From positions 1 through 34,099 of IMG/VR virus record IMGVR_UViG_3300020044_007128: 34,099 nt of DNA. One strand, 5' to 3'. Both the position numbers and the translations under genes were made by a program. Position 1 is the first letter of the stretch. Each line of letters starts with the position of its first letter. This DNA is from a virus (lineage: Duplodnaviria > Caudoviricetes). The notes below the pieces were generated by a model. The model ran no database searches, was not told the origin of the DNA, and saw only the letters and a list, made by a program, of their open reading frames with translations. This document shows, in pieces, positions 1-8,147 of the stretch.

Positions 1-87
1 GAGTCAGGGAGGGTGAGAAGCTAAAGAAATGGTTTAGCGAGTGTTACGCGAGGCTTAACGGAAGGAACAAGATTGCATCAAGAAACG

Positions 88-474
88 TTAGGCATATTCT
101 CGCTCCAAATAAGCATCTTTCCATTTTTTTATGTTTCTTTTCGCCGCTTCATTAGCCTTTATTTGCTTTTCTTCGGCAAGCAATCCCCATGCTTTTTTTG
201 TTATATCTTCTGGGCATTCTATCCCGATGGCCGCGGCAGCTTGCCCAAGCCATGCAACCTGGTTTATTTGTGGATTTGTTAAAGATGCCTCGCACGATAA
301 AGGCCAATCACTGATAACAGTCATCATAAAGCACTCAAAAACATCAGTATCAGACATAAATTTCACGCACTGATTTATTTTTGCCTCTTGGTCGATTCCG
401 AGCGACGTTTGCCACATAACGCTTTTGTATTCTTCTAGCTTTGTGTAGTGGTGAAATATTCTTTTAATCTTCAA
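88..474 (-). CDS. Conserved phage protein of the type found beside IbrA/IbrB genes
   Basis: Likely TTG start at 474 overlapping the ibrB 3' end, with GAGGG RBS. Sequence KRIFHHYTKLEEY...WPLSCEASLTN...AWLGQAA...CPE recalled from ibrAB-linked phage ORFs. Confidence 0.65.
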   Translation of the reverse strand: MKIKRIFHHYTKLEEYKSVMWQTSLGIDQEAKINQCVKFMSDTDVFECFMMTVISDWPLSCEASLTNPQINQVAWLGQAAAAIGIECPEDITKKAWGLLAEEKQIKANEAAKRNIKKWKDAYLEREYA

Positions 475-1117
475 TTTTTTCACCCTCAAAATCATCAAGT
501 GATTCAGCTTCCCATGACTCGCTAAAATCATCCTCTTTAAATGCAAACGCAAGACCTTTTACTTGTTGCAGCCTTAGCACTTCATCAGGCTCCATTCCAA
601 GCTCTTTCGCGATCTTTTCATCACTCCAAAATCTTCTCTTTAGCTCCACAACAATGTCACTCATTGCGGCAACGCTATGTTTACCCCTTGCCCTGTTGTG
701 TCGAATTGTAGCTGCCATTCTGTCGTTTCTTTCATGCCTATCGACTGCAAGGGAGACAACCGGCAAGTATCCCATAACCATTCCTTGAACTATTTCCGAC
801 TCTTTGCCAACTCTATGGCGGTGGAACCCATCTACAACTTCATAGCCATCATTTGGCCAAGTTACAATCGGCTGAGTGTAGCCATCAGCCTCTATTGATC
901 TTTCCAGTAGCTTCATTTCAGGCGGTGCAACACTGTTTGGATTGTAGTCGTTAGCGTGTACGAATTCATTTTTGACCCACTCAACAAAATCAACTGGACT
1001 AGATTTAAATGGGCTAACTTCATGCAATTTTTTTCTTGCAAGGTTAATCATTTCAACCTTTTGACCCAGTTCTAGCCCGCCAATTAACTCAATAAACTCT
1101 TCTATTTTTTCGATCAT
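464..1117 (-). CDS. ibrB: ParB/Srx-like domain protein, YbdM/IbrB family
   Basis: Motifs SPF..PVD.V.WV, NDYNPNSVAPPEMKLL, DGYTQPIV, VVDGFHR, ATIRHNRARGKH, IAKELGMEPDEVLRL closely match E. coli YbdM/IbrB. Confidence 0.9.
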   Translation of the reverse strand: MIEKIEEFIELIGGLELGQKVEMINLARKKLHEVSPFKSSPVDFVEWVKNEFVHANDYNPNSVAPPEMKLLERSIEADGYTQPIVTWPNDGYEVVDGFHRHRVGKESEIVQGMVMGYLPVVSLAVDRHERNDRMAATIRHNRARGKHSVAAMSDIVVELKRRFWSDEKIAKELGMEPDEVLRLQQVKGLAFAFKEDDFSESWEAESLDDFEGEKIED

Positions 1118-1199
1118 TTTTAAACCTTATTTTTTAATTAATTAAGCTAATAATTGCTTATATCTGCAATAAATAAAACACTATTTGCAAATCTTAACA

Positions 1200-1590
1200 G
1201 TCACTTTTCTTTCTCCCATACATGACATTTAGAGGGGGTCTGGGTGACTAATACCAGAATCCTCTTGTTAAGCTATGTAGATACAGACCTCGGTTATCAG
1301 CGCACAGTTTAACGACTTGCCGGTCGGACTATCACCTATGTCACCACTATCTCGCTGTTTCAGGCTTGTTAAGACCTCCACCCCCCTCTTATCCACAAAC
1401 TGGCTCCATTGGGCTGCCAATCTGTTTTGCCTTGGCAGTTTCCCGCTGTCGGCTGGTGTAGATAATCTGTATCTGCTACCTCAGTAGTCTTTTTGGCTAA
1501 TGTGCCTACTTATGTTTATTGTTTACCTATTCAGGCTTTTGGTCTCGTTTGTTTGTATACCGGTAACGAACTGCATTGGAAACCGGTCAG
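1200..1590. other. Long ORF-free block with several complementary segments and a perfect DnaA box; candidate origin or structured RNA
   Basis: No ORF of 60 aa or more. TTATCCACA at 1389-1397. Pairings 1277-1287/1466-1476, 1231-1238/1382-1389, CTGCCAA/TTGGCAG within 1414-1438. Confidence 0.4.
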
Positions 1591-1593
1591 AAA

Positions 1594-2052
1594 TCACTTA
1601 AGAAACGCAATCCAGTGCGTGTTTTGGCGCTTTCCTGACTTGTGACCATACAAAGGTATTACATCAGTCAAAGAAAGAACTTTGCTAACCGGAATATCAA
1701 CGCTAGACCACTTGAATATTAAGGTTCCGTTTGTTCTCAAAACCCTAAAGCATTCAGAAAATCCAGCTTTTATGTCTGATTCCCACCCATCAGAAAGTCG
1801 GCCGTACTTTTTAGCCATCCAAGAATTAGCACCTAGACTATCCATGTGCGGAGGATCAAATACGATGTGGTGAAATGTTTCATCATCAAATGGCAGGCCT
1901 GTGAAATTGCATTCAATGTCTGGCGATATTACTAACGATCTACCATCACAAAGAATATGTGACTCTGTTCTTGCATCAATAAACACGGCTGCTTCATTTG
2001 ATTTATCGAACCACATCATTTTTGATCCACAGCAAGCATCCAATACTTTCAT
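1594..2052 (-). CDS. Phage SAM-dependent methyltransferase (putative DNA amino-MTase)
   Basis: Motif I VLDACCGSKMMWFDK, catalytic-like FDPPH, ECFRVLR.NGTLIFKW. Confidence 0.85.
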   Translation of the reverse strand: MKVLDACCGSKMMWFDKSNEAAVFIDARTESHILCDGRSLVISPDIECNFTGLPFDDETFHHIVFDPPHMDSLGANSWMAKKYGRLSDGWESDIKAGFSECFRVLRTNGTLIFKWSSVDIPVSKVLSLTDVIPLYGHKSGKRQNTHWIAFLK

Positions 2053-2240
2053 TATTTCTCACTCCATAATTTAGCTATTTCAATTTGACCCTTTAAAAGA
2101 TACTCAAGGTAGTCATCACCAATTTGCCATGCGTGCTGTACAGACTTCGGCATAAACTTAATGACCTCCTCTTTTGTGTAATCAGTAGCGATAGCAGTGC
2201 ACGCATTTAGCGCTTTTGACATCTGTTCTTCTTTGTTCAT
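2052..2240 (-). CDS. Hypothetical protein
   Basis: 62 aa, AGGTG RBS, stop overlaps the next start. Confidence 0.7.
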   Translation of the reverse strand: MNKEEQMSKALNACTAIATDYTKEEVIKFMPKSVQHAWQIGDDYLEYLLKGQIEIAKLWSEK

Positions 2241-2366
2241 ATTTCACCTAAGATCAGTTAAACTTTTGTCTAAAATGGATAAAGTTCAATTAATACCCAT
2301 ATTCCTATTGCGATTAAAAATAAATCTTTTGCAATTCTAATTTTCATATTTCACCTAAGATCAGTT
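2236..2366. repeat. 24-bp direct repeat TTCATATTTCACCTAAGATCAGTT at 2236-2259 and 2343-2366
   Basis: Exact duplicate; on the minus strand it contains RBS and ATG. Confidence 0.9.
2270..2347 (-). CDS. 25-aa hydrophobic mini-protein MKIRIAKDLFLIAIGIWVLIELYPF
   Basis: Hand-translated. Same RBS/ATG context as 2052-2240; one TM-like stretch. Confidence 0.55.
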   Translation of the reverse strand: MKIRIAKDLFLIAIGIWVLIELYPF

Positions 2367-2378
2367 GATTGATTCTAA

Positions 2379-2528
2379 TTAATCCTGTTTAGTTCTATTA
2401 AAAAATTCATCGTATATAGCAGCCTGCTTTTTTACTTTTTCTAGCGCCCAATTTGTCCAGTATTTACGATTGTAGCGCCACCATTTAGCGCTAGAGATAA
2501 GCTTCTGCCTTTTCCTGATATTCATCAT
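2379..2528 (-). CDS. 49-aa basic hypothetical protein (MMNIRKRQKLISSAKWWRYNRKYW...)
   Basis: Hand-translated; ATGA overlap with the upstream HTH gene stop. Confidence 0.6.
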   Translation of the reverse strand: MMNIRKRQKLISSAKWWRYNRKYWTNWALEKVKKQAAIYDEFFNRTKQD

Positions 2529-2731
2529 TTATCCACTAGTTTGTAGTAAACGGTCTTCTGCCCATAACCCAGGCATGCAAGCAGGGCGTAAGGCGGGTTT
2601 CGGTCGCCGGTCAGGAACAGGGATAGAGCTGTATCGCTTATGCCTGCCTCTATGCAAAGTGCCTTTTGGCTGCCAAGCTCGCTTACCGCTTTATAGACGG
2701 CATCAACTATGTGATCGCGTGTTATTTCCAT
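2525..2731 (-). CDS. Cro-like helix-turn-helix regulator
   Basis: GSQKALCIEAGISDTALSLFLTGDRNPP HTH pattern; second gene of the leftward arm. Confidence 0.75.
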   Translation of the reverse strand: MEITRDHIVDAVYKAVSELGSQKALCIEAGISDTALSLFLTGDRNPPYALLACLGYGQKTVYYKLVDK

Positions 2732-2733
2732 TG

Positions 2734-2964
2734 TTATACCCCGCCATGTATATGATATGCACCAAGGTCAAATTCGCAGTATTCACTTATGCAATCACCC
2801 TCCTTAGTCCAAGCTCCATCAATCATGACAATGCATTTAATATCCTCGCCGCACTCCGCATAGCCATCGAAAAAATCCTTAATCTGTATCTCGGCCTTAT
2901 ACTTATCGACCAGAGCCTGAAACTCCGCTTTAAACTCATCTTCTATTTGTTTTTTTCTCTTCAT
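2734..2964 (-). CDS. Hypothetical protein
   Basis: ATG 2964 with GAGG RBS; first gene after the leftward promoter. Confidence 0.7.
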   Translation of the reverse strand: MKRKKQIEDEFKAEFQALVDKYKAEIQIKDFFDGYAECGEDIKCIVMIDGAWTKEGDCISEYCEFDLGAYHIHGGV

Positions 2965-2992
2965 AAAGCACCTCTTGATTTTCGATAAATGC

Positions 2993-3078
2993 ATAGTAAT
3001 CTACATTTACGCGCAAGTAAAACGCAGTAATGTAAAGATATGAAAAGACGTTTACTTTGCGGTAAAATGTGGTAAATT
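2993..3078. promoter_or_regulatory. Divergent sigma70-like promoters with two TTTAC-N6-GTAAA palindromic operators
   Basis: Leftward TTTACT(3021-3016)-17-TACTAT(2998-2993). Rightward TTTACT(3051-3056)-16-TAAATT(3073-3078) with TGn extension. Palindromes 3006-3021 and 3051-3066 each overlap a -35. Confidence 0.7.
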
Positions 3079-3106
3079 GATCATAACAACAACGGCGGAA
3101 GGTGGT

Positions 3107-3406
3107 ATGTACAAAAATATAAAAACTGCAACAGATATCAATGATAGCCCGATCCTTCAAAAAGACTGGGATGCAGTCATCTATTTGCTATCAATGTTTG
3201 TTGATCAATACAATAAAATGCCTGATGGAAAGCTTGGTAAGGGCTTAACAAACGAGCCTTTTTTACATAGTCACGAATACCTTAATTTTCTTGGCTATGC
3301 CGATGACCCTGTATGGAAGAAAAACAGCGACCAGATTCAGTGGGAAGATAAAATTTCTGCAATAAGAAAGTCAGCAAACGAGTATTTAACCAATAACCGT
3401 AAATAG
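3107..3406 (+). CDS. Hypothetical protein
   Basis: ATG 3107 after GGAAGG; first rightward gene. Confidence 0.7.
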   Translation: MYKNIKTATDINDSPILQKDWDAVIYLLSMFVDQYNKMPDGKLGKGLTNEPFLHSHEYLNFLGYADDPVWKKNSDQIQWEDKISAIRKSANEYLTNNRK

Positions 3407-3416
3407 TGAGATAAAC

Positions 3417-3698
3417 ATGACTAAAGATGAAAAGAAAGAACTGATTAAATTGGCAGCAAAAGCAAGCCGAATAGATATTAATAAAATCACCGGAGGCTGG
3501 AACCCTGTTGATGATGATGCCGATGCTTTTAAGCTGGCGGTTAAACTCGAATTTGACATTCAGCAAGACACAGACAGTGTTTATGTTTTGTATTGGTTTG
3601 ATCAATCAATGAAGGATGTTGAAGCAATAACAAATAGATTTGCTGCGACACGCTTGGCAATAACCAAGGCAGCGGCAGAAATTGGAAAGACTCGCTGA
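3417..3698 (+). CDS. Conserved phage protein (WNP..DD.DAFKLAVKL...ATRLAITKAAAEIG type)
   Basis: Motif recalled from many proteobacterial phage small ORFs. Confidence 0.8.
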   Translation: MTKDEKKELIKLAAKASRIDINKITGGWNPVDDDADAFKLAVKLEFDIQQDTDSVYVLYWFDQSMKDVEAITNRFAATRLAITKAAAEIGKTR

Positions 3699-3706
3699 TT
3701 CACAAA

Positions 3707-4167
3707 GACAACCGGAGATAAACATGCAACGACTAACCAAAGAATACAGATTATCAATAACCCCCGCTCTTGAAGTTTCACAGCAAGAGATCTCATTCGA
3801 GTTCGTCACCCTGGATGAACTGATTGCAGCAAAAAATACAGCGGCCGAACTTCTGCTGTTTTTGCACAACATAAAAGCTATGCGCGACTATTCAAACATG
3901 ATTGTTATTGAATTATTGGATGGTAGCGAATTTGTAGAGATTGACGAAGATGGCATTGAAATTTAACAGCGACAACCGGAGATAACATGAAACAAAAGCC
4001 TAGTCTCATATACCCAAAGCCAAGGACTGGCAAAGAGTGCACCAAAACAGATTGCGAGCGCTATGAATCTTACAAGGCGTGGAACTGTGGAGACTCTAGA
4101 TTAAAATTTTGCATGGAGTGCAAGCATGCGCATGTATCACAATTTAAGAAACGACAACCGGAGATAA
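3707..4167 (+). repeat. Three identical 15-mers GACAACCGGAGATAA (3707-3721, 3971-3985, 4153-4167), each preceding a start codon
   Basis: Exact matches read directly; shorter variants at 10698-10708 and 12163-12172. Confidence 0.9.
3724..3966 (+). CDS. Hypothetical protein
   Basis: ATG 3724 behind the repeat RBS. Confidence 0.7.
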   Translation: MQRLTKEYRLSITPALEVSQQEISFEFVTLDELIAAKNTAAELLLFLHNIKAMRDYSNMIVIELLDGSEFVEIDEDGIEI

Positions 4168-4175
4168 CAGAATGA
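3987..4175 (+). CDS. Small Cys-rich protein, possibly Zn-binding
   Basis: CTKTDC...C...CMECKH; repeat RBS. Confidence 0.7.
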   Translation: MKQKPSLIYPKPRTGKECTKTDCERYESYKAWNCGDSRLKFCMECKHAHVSQFKKRQPEITE

Positions 4176-4924
4176 CAGAAGAAATCAAAAATAGGCTTTT
4201 GCTATTGCGCGAACCATTTCCAGAAAATTTAATGGGGTGGCTGCCAAAGCCAATGCTATCAAAGGATTTGATGGACAAGATACCGAAGCACAATTGCCCA
4301 ATCTGCAATCAGTATCACGCAAGCGACAAGGTTATGCATCTGTCATATGTTGGTCACGCTGCGCTTACTGACAGGCTTTTGGATGTTGACCCTTTTTGGA
4401 CTTGGGAGCCTTTATCGCTGAATGAAAAAGGTCTACCAGCTATTGATAGTGATGGCGGCATGTGGATAAAGCTAACCATATGCGGAGTTACTCGCCTTGG
4501 CTATGGCGATGCTATGGCTGGCGGACACAAAACAGGCGCAAACGCAACCAAGGAGCGTATCGGTGATGCCCTTCGGAATGCCGCAATGAGATTTGGATGT
4601 GCTCTTGAACTTTGGCACAAGGGCGACCTGAACAAGCATAAGAATGTGATCCCTGAAACATTTGAACCTGAAGAGCCAGAAGAAACCTATGAAGATCTTT
4701 GCGATAGACTCCATGAAGAAATCGCGGCAATAAAGATTGGTATTGCAAAGAAAGATTTTGCAAGTGCCGCTGATGCATGGCTATCACTCTCTGAAGAAGA
4801 CAAAATGGCAATCTGGAAAGCTCCAAAAAATGGCGGATGCTTTACAACTGAAGAGCGCACGATTATGAAGACTAGCGAATTCAGAGCGGCAGCAACAAAA
4901 ATCGAATCACAAAATCAGGAATAA
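4172..4924 (+). CDS. Rad52/Sak-family single-strand annealing recombinase
   Basis: YVGHAALTDRLLDVDPFWTW, MWIKLTICGVTRLGYG, KERIGDALRNAAMRFGCALELW; followed by SSB. Confidence 0.85.
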   Translation: MTEEIKNRLLLLREPFPENLMGWLPKPMLSKDLMDKIPKHNCPICNQYHASDKVMHLSYVGHAALTDRLLDVDPFWTWEPLSLNEKGLPAIDSDGGMWIKLTICGVTRLGYGDAMAGGHKTGANATKERIGDALRNAAMRFGCALELWHKGDLNKHKNVIPETFEPEEPEETYEDLCDRLHEEIAAIKIGIAKKDFASAADAWLSLSEEDKMAIWKAPKNGGCFTTEERTIMKTSEFRAAATKIESQNQE

Positions 4925-4927
4925 ATC

Positions 4928-5356
4928 ATGAGTCACACAATCACTTTTAAACTACAAAAACCCGCCCACCAATTCCAAGCCGGTGATTCGACTGGCTTTG
5001 GCATTCGAGGAGGCGTTAAGTATTATGATCGAGAAACCAAAAAAGATGAATGGACAAATTATGAGGCCGTTATATTCGCAAAGTCACAGGCTCAAATTGA
5101 CTATTACAATCAAGTTCTGGTTCCAGATGCGATTGTCAGTGTTAGCGGCTCGACAATCAAGGTTAAGACATTTCTTGTCAGGACTGGCGATAAAGCAGGC
5201 GAGCAATCAATCACTCTAGCATTAAACGGCGCGTTGCTTGAGTACGTTGCAGCACCTTCAGGCCGTGCACCAGATGCAGCTCAGCAGGCTTATCAGAAGG
5301 CGGTTGCACCGGCACAGCATCAAATGATTGATGACTTCGAAGACCCACCATTTTGA
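4928..5356 (+). CDS. ssb: Phage single-stranded DNA-binding protein
   Basis: OB-fold-like EWTNYEAVIF, acidic C-terminus DDFEDPPF, adjacent to the recombinase. Confidence 0.85.
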   Translation: MSHTITFKLQKPAHQFQAGDSTGFGIRGGVKYYDRETKKDEWTNYEAVIFAKSQAQIDYYNQVLVPDAIVSVSGSTIKVKTFLVRTGDKAGEQSITLALNGALLEYVAAPSGRAPDAAQQAYQKAVAPAQHQMIDDFEDPPF

Positions 5357-5381
5357 CAAATACATAAACCAGGAGATTGAT

Positions 5382-5579
5382 ATGACTGAAATAGAAATGC
5401 TTGAAAAAAGAGTTGCTAATTTGGAAAGGGCGATTATTGGTCTTTGGGCGATACTAGATGCATTACAGCCCCCATATGTGAATGAGGCTGGAAATAAATT
5501 ATTCAAAGATCTATTCGATGCATCAGAGTCTTTGGGTGGGTATCAATCTATGGATTTTGAGCGCTTGGAGGCATCATGA
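5382..5579 (+). CDS. Hypothetical protein
   Basis: AGGAG RBS, ATG 5382. Confidence 0.7.
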   Translation: MTEIEMLEKRVANLERAIIGLWAILDALQPPYVNEAGNKLFKDLFDASESLGGYQSMDFERLEAS

Positions 5580-5908
5580 GATCACTAGACGAACTATTCG
5601 ACACAATGCAAAGCCCTATTGCGCCTTTGGTGGATTGGTCTAAGGGTGAGCAGGAAATGGCAATTGTGCTTTGCATTCAAGAATTGGCAAATAAAACCGA
5701 GCTAACAATCTTTGAGGTTTTTAGCGAGGCATGGCCAAATATAAAGGCTTACGCTATTACAGAAATACTAAGCAATATGCTTGATGATATTGCTTTTGCA
5801 AAGGCCGCAAGAGAAGCGCCAAACATAGAGGATGAAGACTATCAAGCCCTATACATGCCCCTCGAGCACATCATTAACGACAGAATTGATTTATACAATA
5901 GGAGCTGA
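5576..5908 (+). CDS. Hypothetical acidic protein
   Basis: GGAGG RBS, ATGA overlap. Confidence 0.7.
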   Translation: MRSLDELFDTMQSPIAPLVDWSKGEQEMAIVLCIQELANKTELTIFEVFSEAWPNIKAYAITEILSNMLDDIAFAKAAREAPNIEDEDYQALYMPLEHIINDRIDLYNRS

Positions 5909-5910
5909 TT

Positions 5911-6234
5911 ATGAAGACAGCAGGAAATATAAACCCGCCTTCTGGAAGTGTTTTAAGTGTTAGAAATGGCTGCATGTTTGTTGATGGAAAACCATTTGTT
6001 GTTGACTATCCAGATGAATCAATAAAGTGCATTGAAGACAATAAGCTTGTAACCGTATTTAAGGGGCATATTTATAATTATTGGTGTCATGAAGAAATTG
6101 AAGGATATTGGGCTCAAGTCATGATAATTAAACGCCAAAAACACATGTTTGTAGCTCGATGCAACGGACAAATACTTATAGCACCAACAAGGCGCGAGGC
6201 GATGGAAATTTTAACCGGGATTATTTATGCCTGA
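5911..6234 (+). CDS. Hypothetical protein
   Basis: AGGAG RBS; packed in the operon. Confidence 0.65.
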   Translation: MKTAGNINPPSGSVLSVRNGCMFVDGKPFVVDYPDESIKCIEDNKLVTVFKGHIYNYWCHEEIEGYWAQVMIIKRQKHMFVARCNGQILIAPTRREAMEILTGIIYA

Positions 6235-6688
6235 ATACTTTCAAACCAATAGCGAGCCGTCATTTAACGCATTTATGAAGCTAGCTCGTGAACTGTATGA
6301 CGAGCATAAATTCGTCACTTGGTCTTGGCGTATTGGTGCTGATAGGTCGTTAACACAAAACGCGCTGTTTCACGTTTGGCTTACTGAGCTAGCTGCGCAC
6401 CTGATCAAATGCCATAAAGATGAAATCACGAAGGGCATGGTTGACGGAACAAAGAAAACAGTCAAGGGATTATTCTACCGCGAAAATCCTTTTGATTGGA
6501 TGGTGCATAAAGTTTACTGCCCAATAACCAAACGTGAGAAAACGGACTACACAAGCTCAGCAGATTGGAAGCAGGGCGAAATGTTTTTAGTACTTACTTT
6601 TATGCAGAATTATGCGGCATTAAAACATGGGCTCGTCCTTGAATCAAAAGGCGAATTTAATAGACTACAGAGAGAGCAAAACAGATGA
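6227..6688 (+). CDS. NinB/YbcN-like protein
   Basis: RSLTQNALFHVWLTELA motif; nin-like context. Confidence 0.7.
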   Translation: MPEYFQTNSEPSFNAFMKLARELYDEHKFVTWSWRIGADRSLTQNALFHVWLTELAAHLIKCHKDEITKGMVDGTKKTVKGLFYRENPFDWMVHKVYCPITKREKTDYTSSADWKQGEMFLVLTFMQNYAALKHGLVLESKGEFNRLQREQNR

Positions 6689-6906
6689 GCGATAAATTAC
6701 AGTTAACAATAAGCCGAGAGATTTACGAAACAATTCTCAGTATTTTTGAGCATCGAATACCAAGAGAACCAAACGAACATATCAAGAAAGAGTTGGAGCA
6801 AGATTACAAAGAGTTTCAGTTGTGCGCCATATGCGGCGATGATGCCTACAATGCTGGCAAGCGAGAAATCCAAAACGAGATTAAATATTTGCTTGGGATT
6901 GATTAA
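6685..6906 (+). CDS. Hypothetical protein
   Basis: Coupled start and stop at both ends. Confidence 0.65.
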   Translation: MSDKLQLTISREIYETILSIFEHRIPREPNEHIKKELEQDYKEFQLCAICGDDAYNAGKREIQNEIKYLLGID

Positions 6907-7217
6907 TGCTAACTAAACAACCAAAGCCGAGAAAATGCCGTGCATGGCTTGAAGCGGTAGGGTCGATTGATTTCTGTGTGCTTTGCCACAGTAACTATAT
7001 GTTGCAGGTAGCACACAGAAACCAAGGTCGCGGCAAAGGCCAGAAGGCTCCAGACTACGAAACAGCACGACTTTGTCAAGAGTGCCACAACGCTATAGAC
7101 AACGGCAAAGACCTATCGCAGATGGAGCGGCGCGAGCTTATGCACAGAGCGATAGTACAAACACATTCTATTTTAATCGAACGAGGGGAGCTGGACTTAT
7201 GGACGGAAAAGAATTAG
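6906..7217 (+). CDS. Zn-binding HNH-like nin-region protein (DUF968/DUF1364-like)
   Basis: CVLC...AHRNQGRGKGQK..D...RLCQECHNAID. Confidence 0.7.
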   Translation: MLTKQPKPRKCRAWLEAVGSIDFCVLCHSNYMLQVAHRNQGRGKGQKAPDYETARLCQECHNAIDNGKDLSQMERRELMHRAIVQTHSILIERGELDLWTEKN

Positions 7218-7672
7218 AAAAACTGCTGCAAGAAAGTTGCAAAATACAGGGCGTCGACTGTACCCGCCTGCGTGATGCCGGATGGCAGGGAGAACAAACG
7301 CAGCGCAGATTCACTATAAAAAACATTTGCGATTTTATATTGTTCGCTGATCGAACGCTTGTATATGTTGAATGTAAACACACAAAAACAACTTTGGCTA
7401 TATCAAGACTAACACAACAGGAGGATTTATTTAAAAAGCATAAGCAGTCAACCCCAAGCCTTTTTTCTGGCTATCTTGTCTGCTATCAGGATGATTTTTA
7501 TTTCATCACTGCTGGAGCCGTAGAGCATCACATCGAAACTGGCAAGAAATCAATAAGCCTAAATGATGCGAAGATGATTGGCTGGAAAATGCCATTATTT
7601 ACACCACCAAAGGCAAGAAAGCAGCGCCTAGATATTCTTGCGCTAATTGCCGAACTTAACATTCTATTTTAA
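7199..7672 (+). CDS. RecU-like PD-(D/E)xK Holliday junction resolvase
   Basis: ATG 7199 with GGGGAG RBS; GKELE...NICDFILF...LVYVECKHT motifs. Confidence 0.75.
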   Translation: MDGKELEKLLQESCKIQGVDCTRLRDAGWQGEQTQRRFTIKNICDFILFADRTLVYVECKHTKTTLAISRLTQQEDLFKKHKQSTPSLFSGYLVCYQDDFYFITAGAVEHHIETGKKSISLNDAKMIGWKMPLFTPPKARKQRLDILALIAELNILF

Positions 7673-7685
7673 CCGAGGTGCAATC

Positions 7686-8146
7686 ATGAGCTTTCACGAA
7701 GTTATGCGCGGCAAAGAGCCGATACGTTTTCTCTGATCGAAGCGAAGAAGCGAGAATCAGAAGAGCTTGATCAGCTAATTCAGAATTTCATAGCAAATGG
7801 AGGGAAAATAACAGACTGCGACTCTGGAAAAGTTGCGCTGGATTTTTCTACCATGCCAGCTCTAATAAATGAATTTTCCGGAAAGCTTGATATCGACAGA
7901 GCTGAAAAGCTTGCGAAAAAAAGTCGCAAGAAGGAAGACACAGAAACGGATCTTGCTAGATTCGATACATCAAAAGTAAGAACCAGAAATCGATCGCCGT
8001 ACGGACAAAACATCAAAAAAACATCAAGCGGTAGGTACCAGGTTAGCATAGCCAATTTTCACGACACGTTTGATACAGAAGAGCTGGCAAAAGCAGCAAG
8101 AGACCATAGACGTAAAGTCATGGGCTTGCCTCCGGCGGAGTATTGA
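7686..8146 (+). pseudogene. Frameshift-split gene with C-terminal AP2-like DNA-binding segment
   Basis: GAGGTG RBS plus ATG 7686, stop at 7734. The -1 frame is open from 7673 to 8146 and includes LIQNFIANGGKI and GRYQVSI...TFDTEELAKAARD. Confidence 0.55.
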
Positions 8147-8147
8147 T

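Noticed and set aside
1310-1500. Group I intron, suggested by minus-strand GATAGTCCGACC (S-like) and GACTA (R-like)
   Set aside because: The R-like element lacks its usual context, no P/Q elements were found, and no interrupted gene flanks the block.
3707-4167. CRISPR array or integron attC sites
   Set aside because: Repeats are 15 bp, non-palindromic, separated by whole genes and serve as RBSs; no cas or integrase gene.
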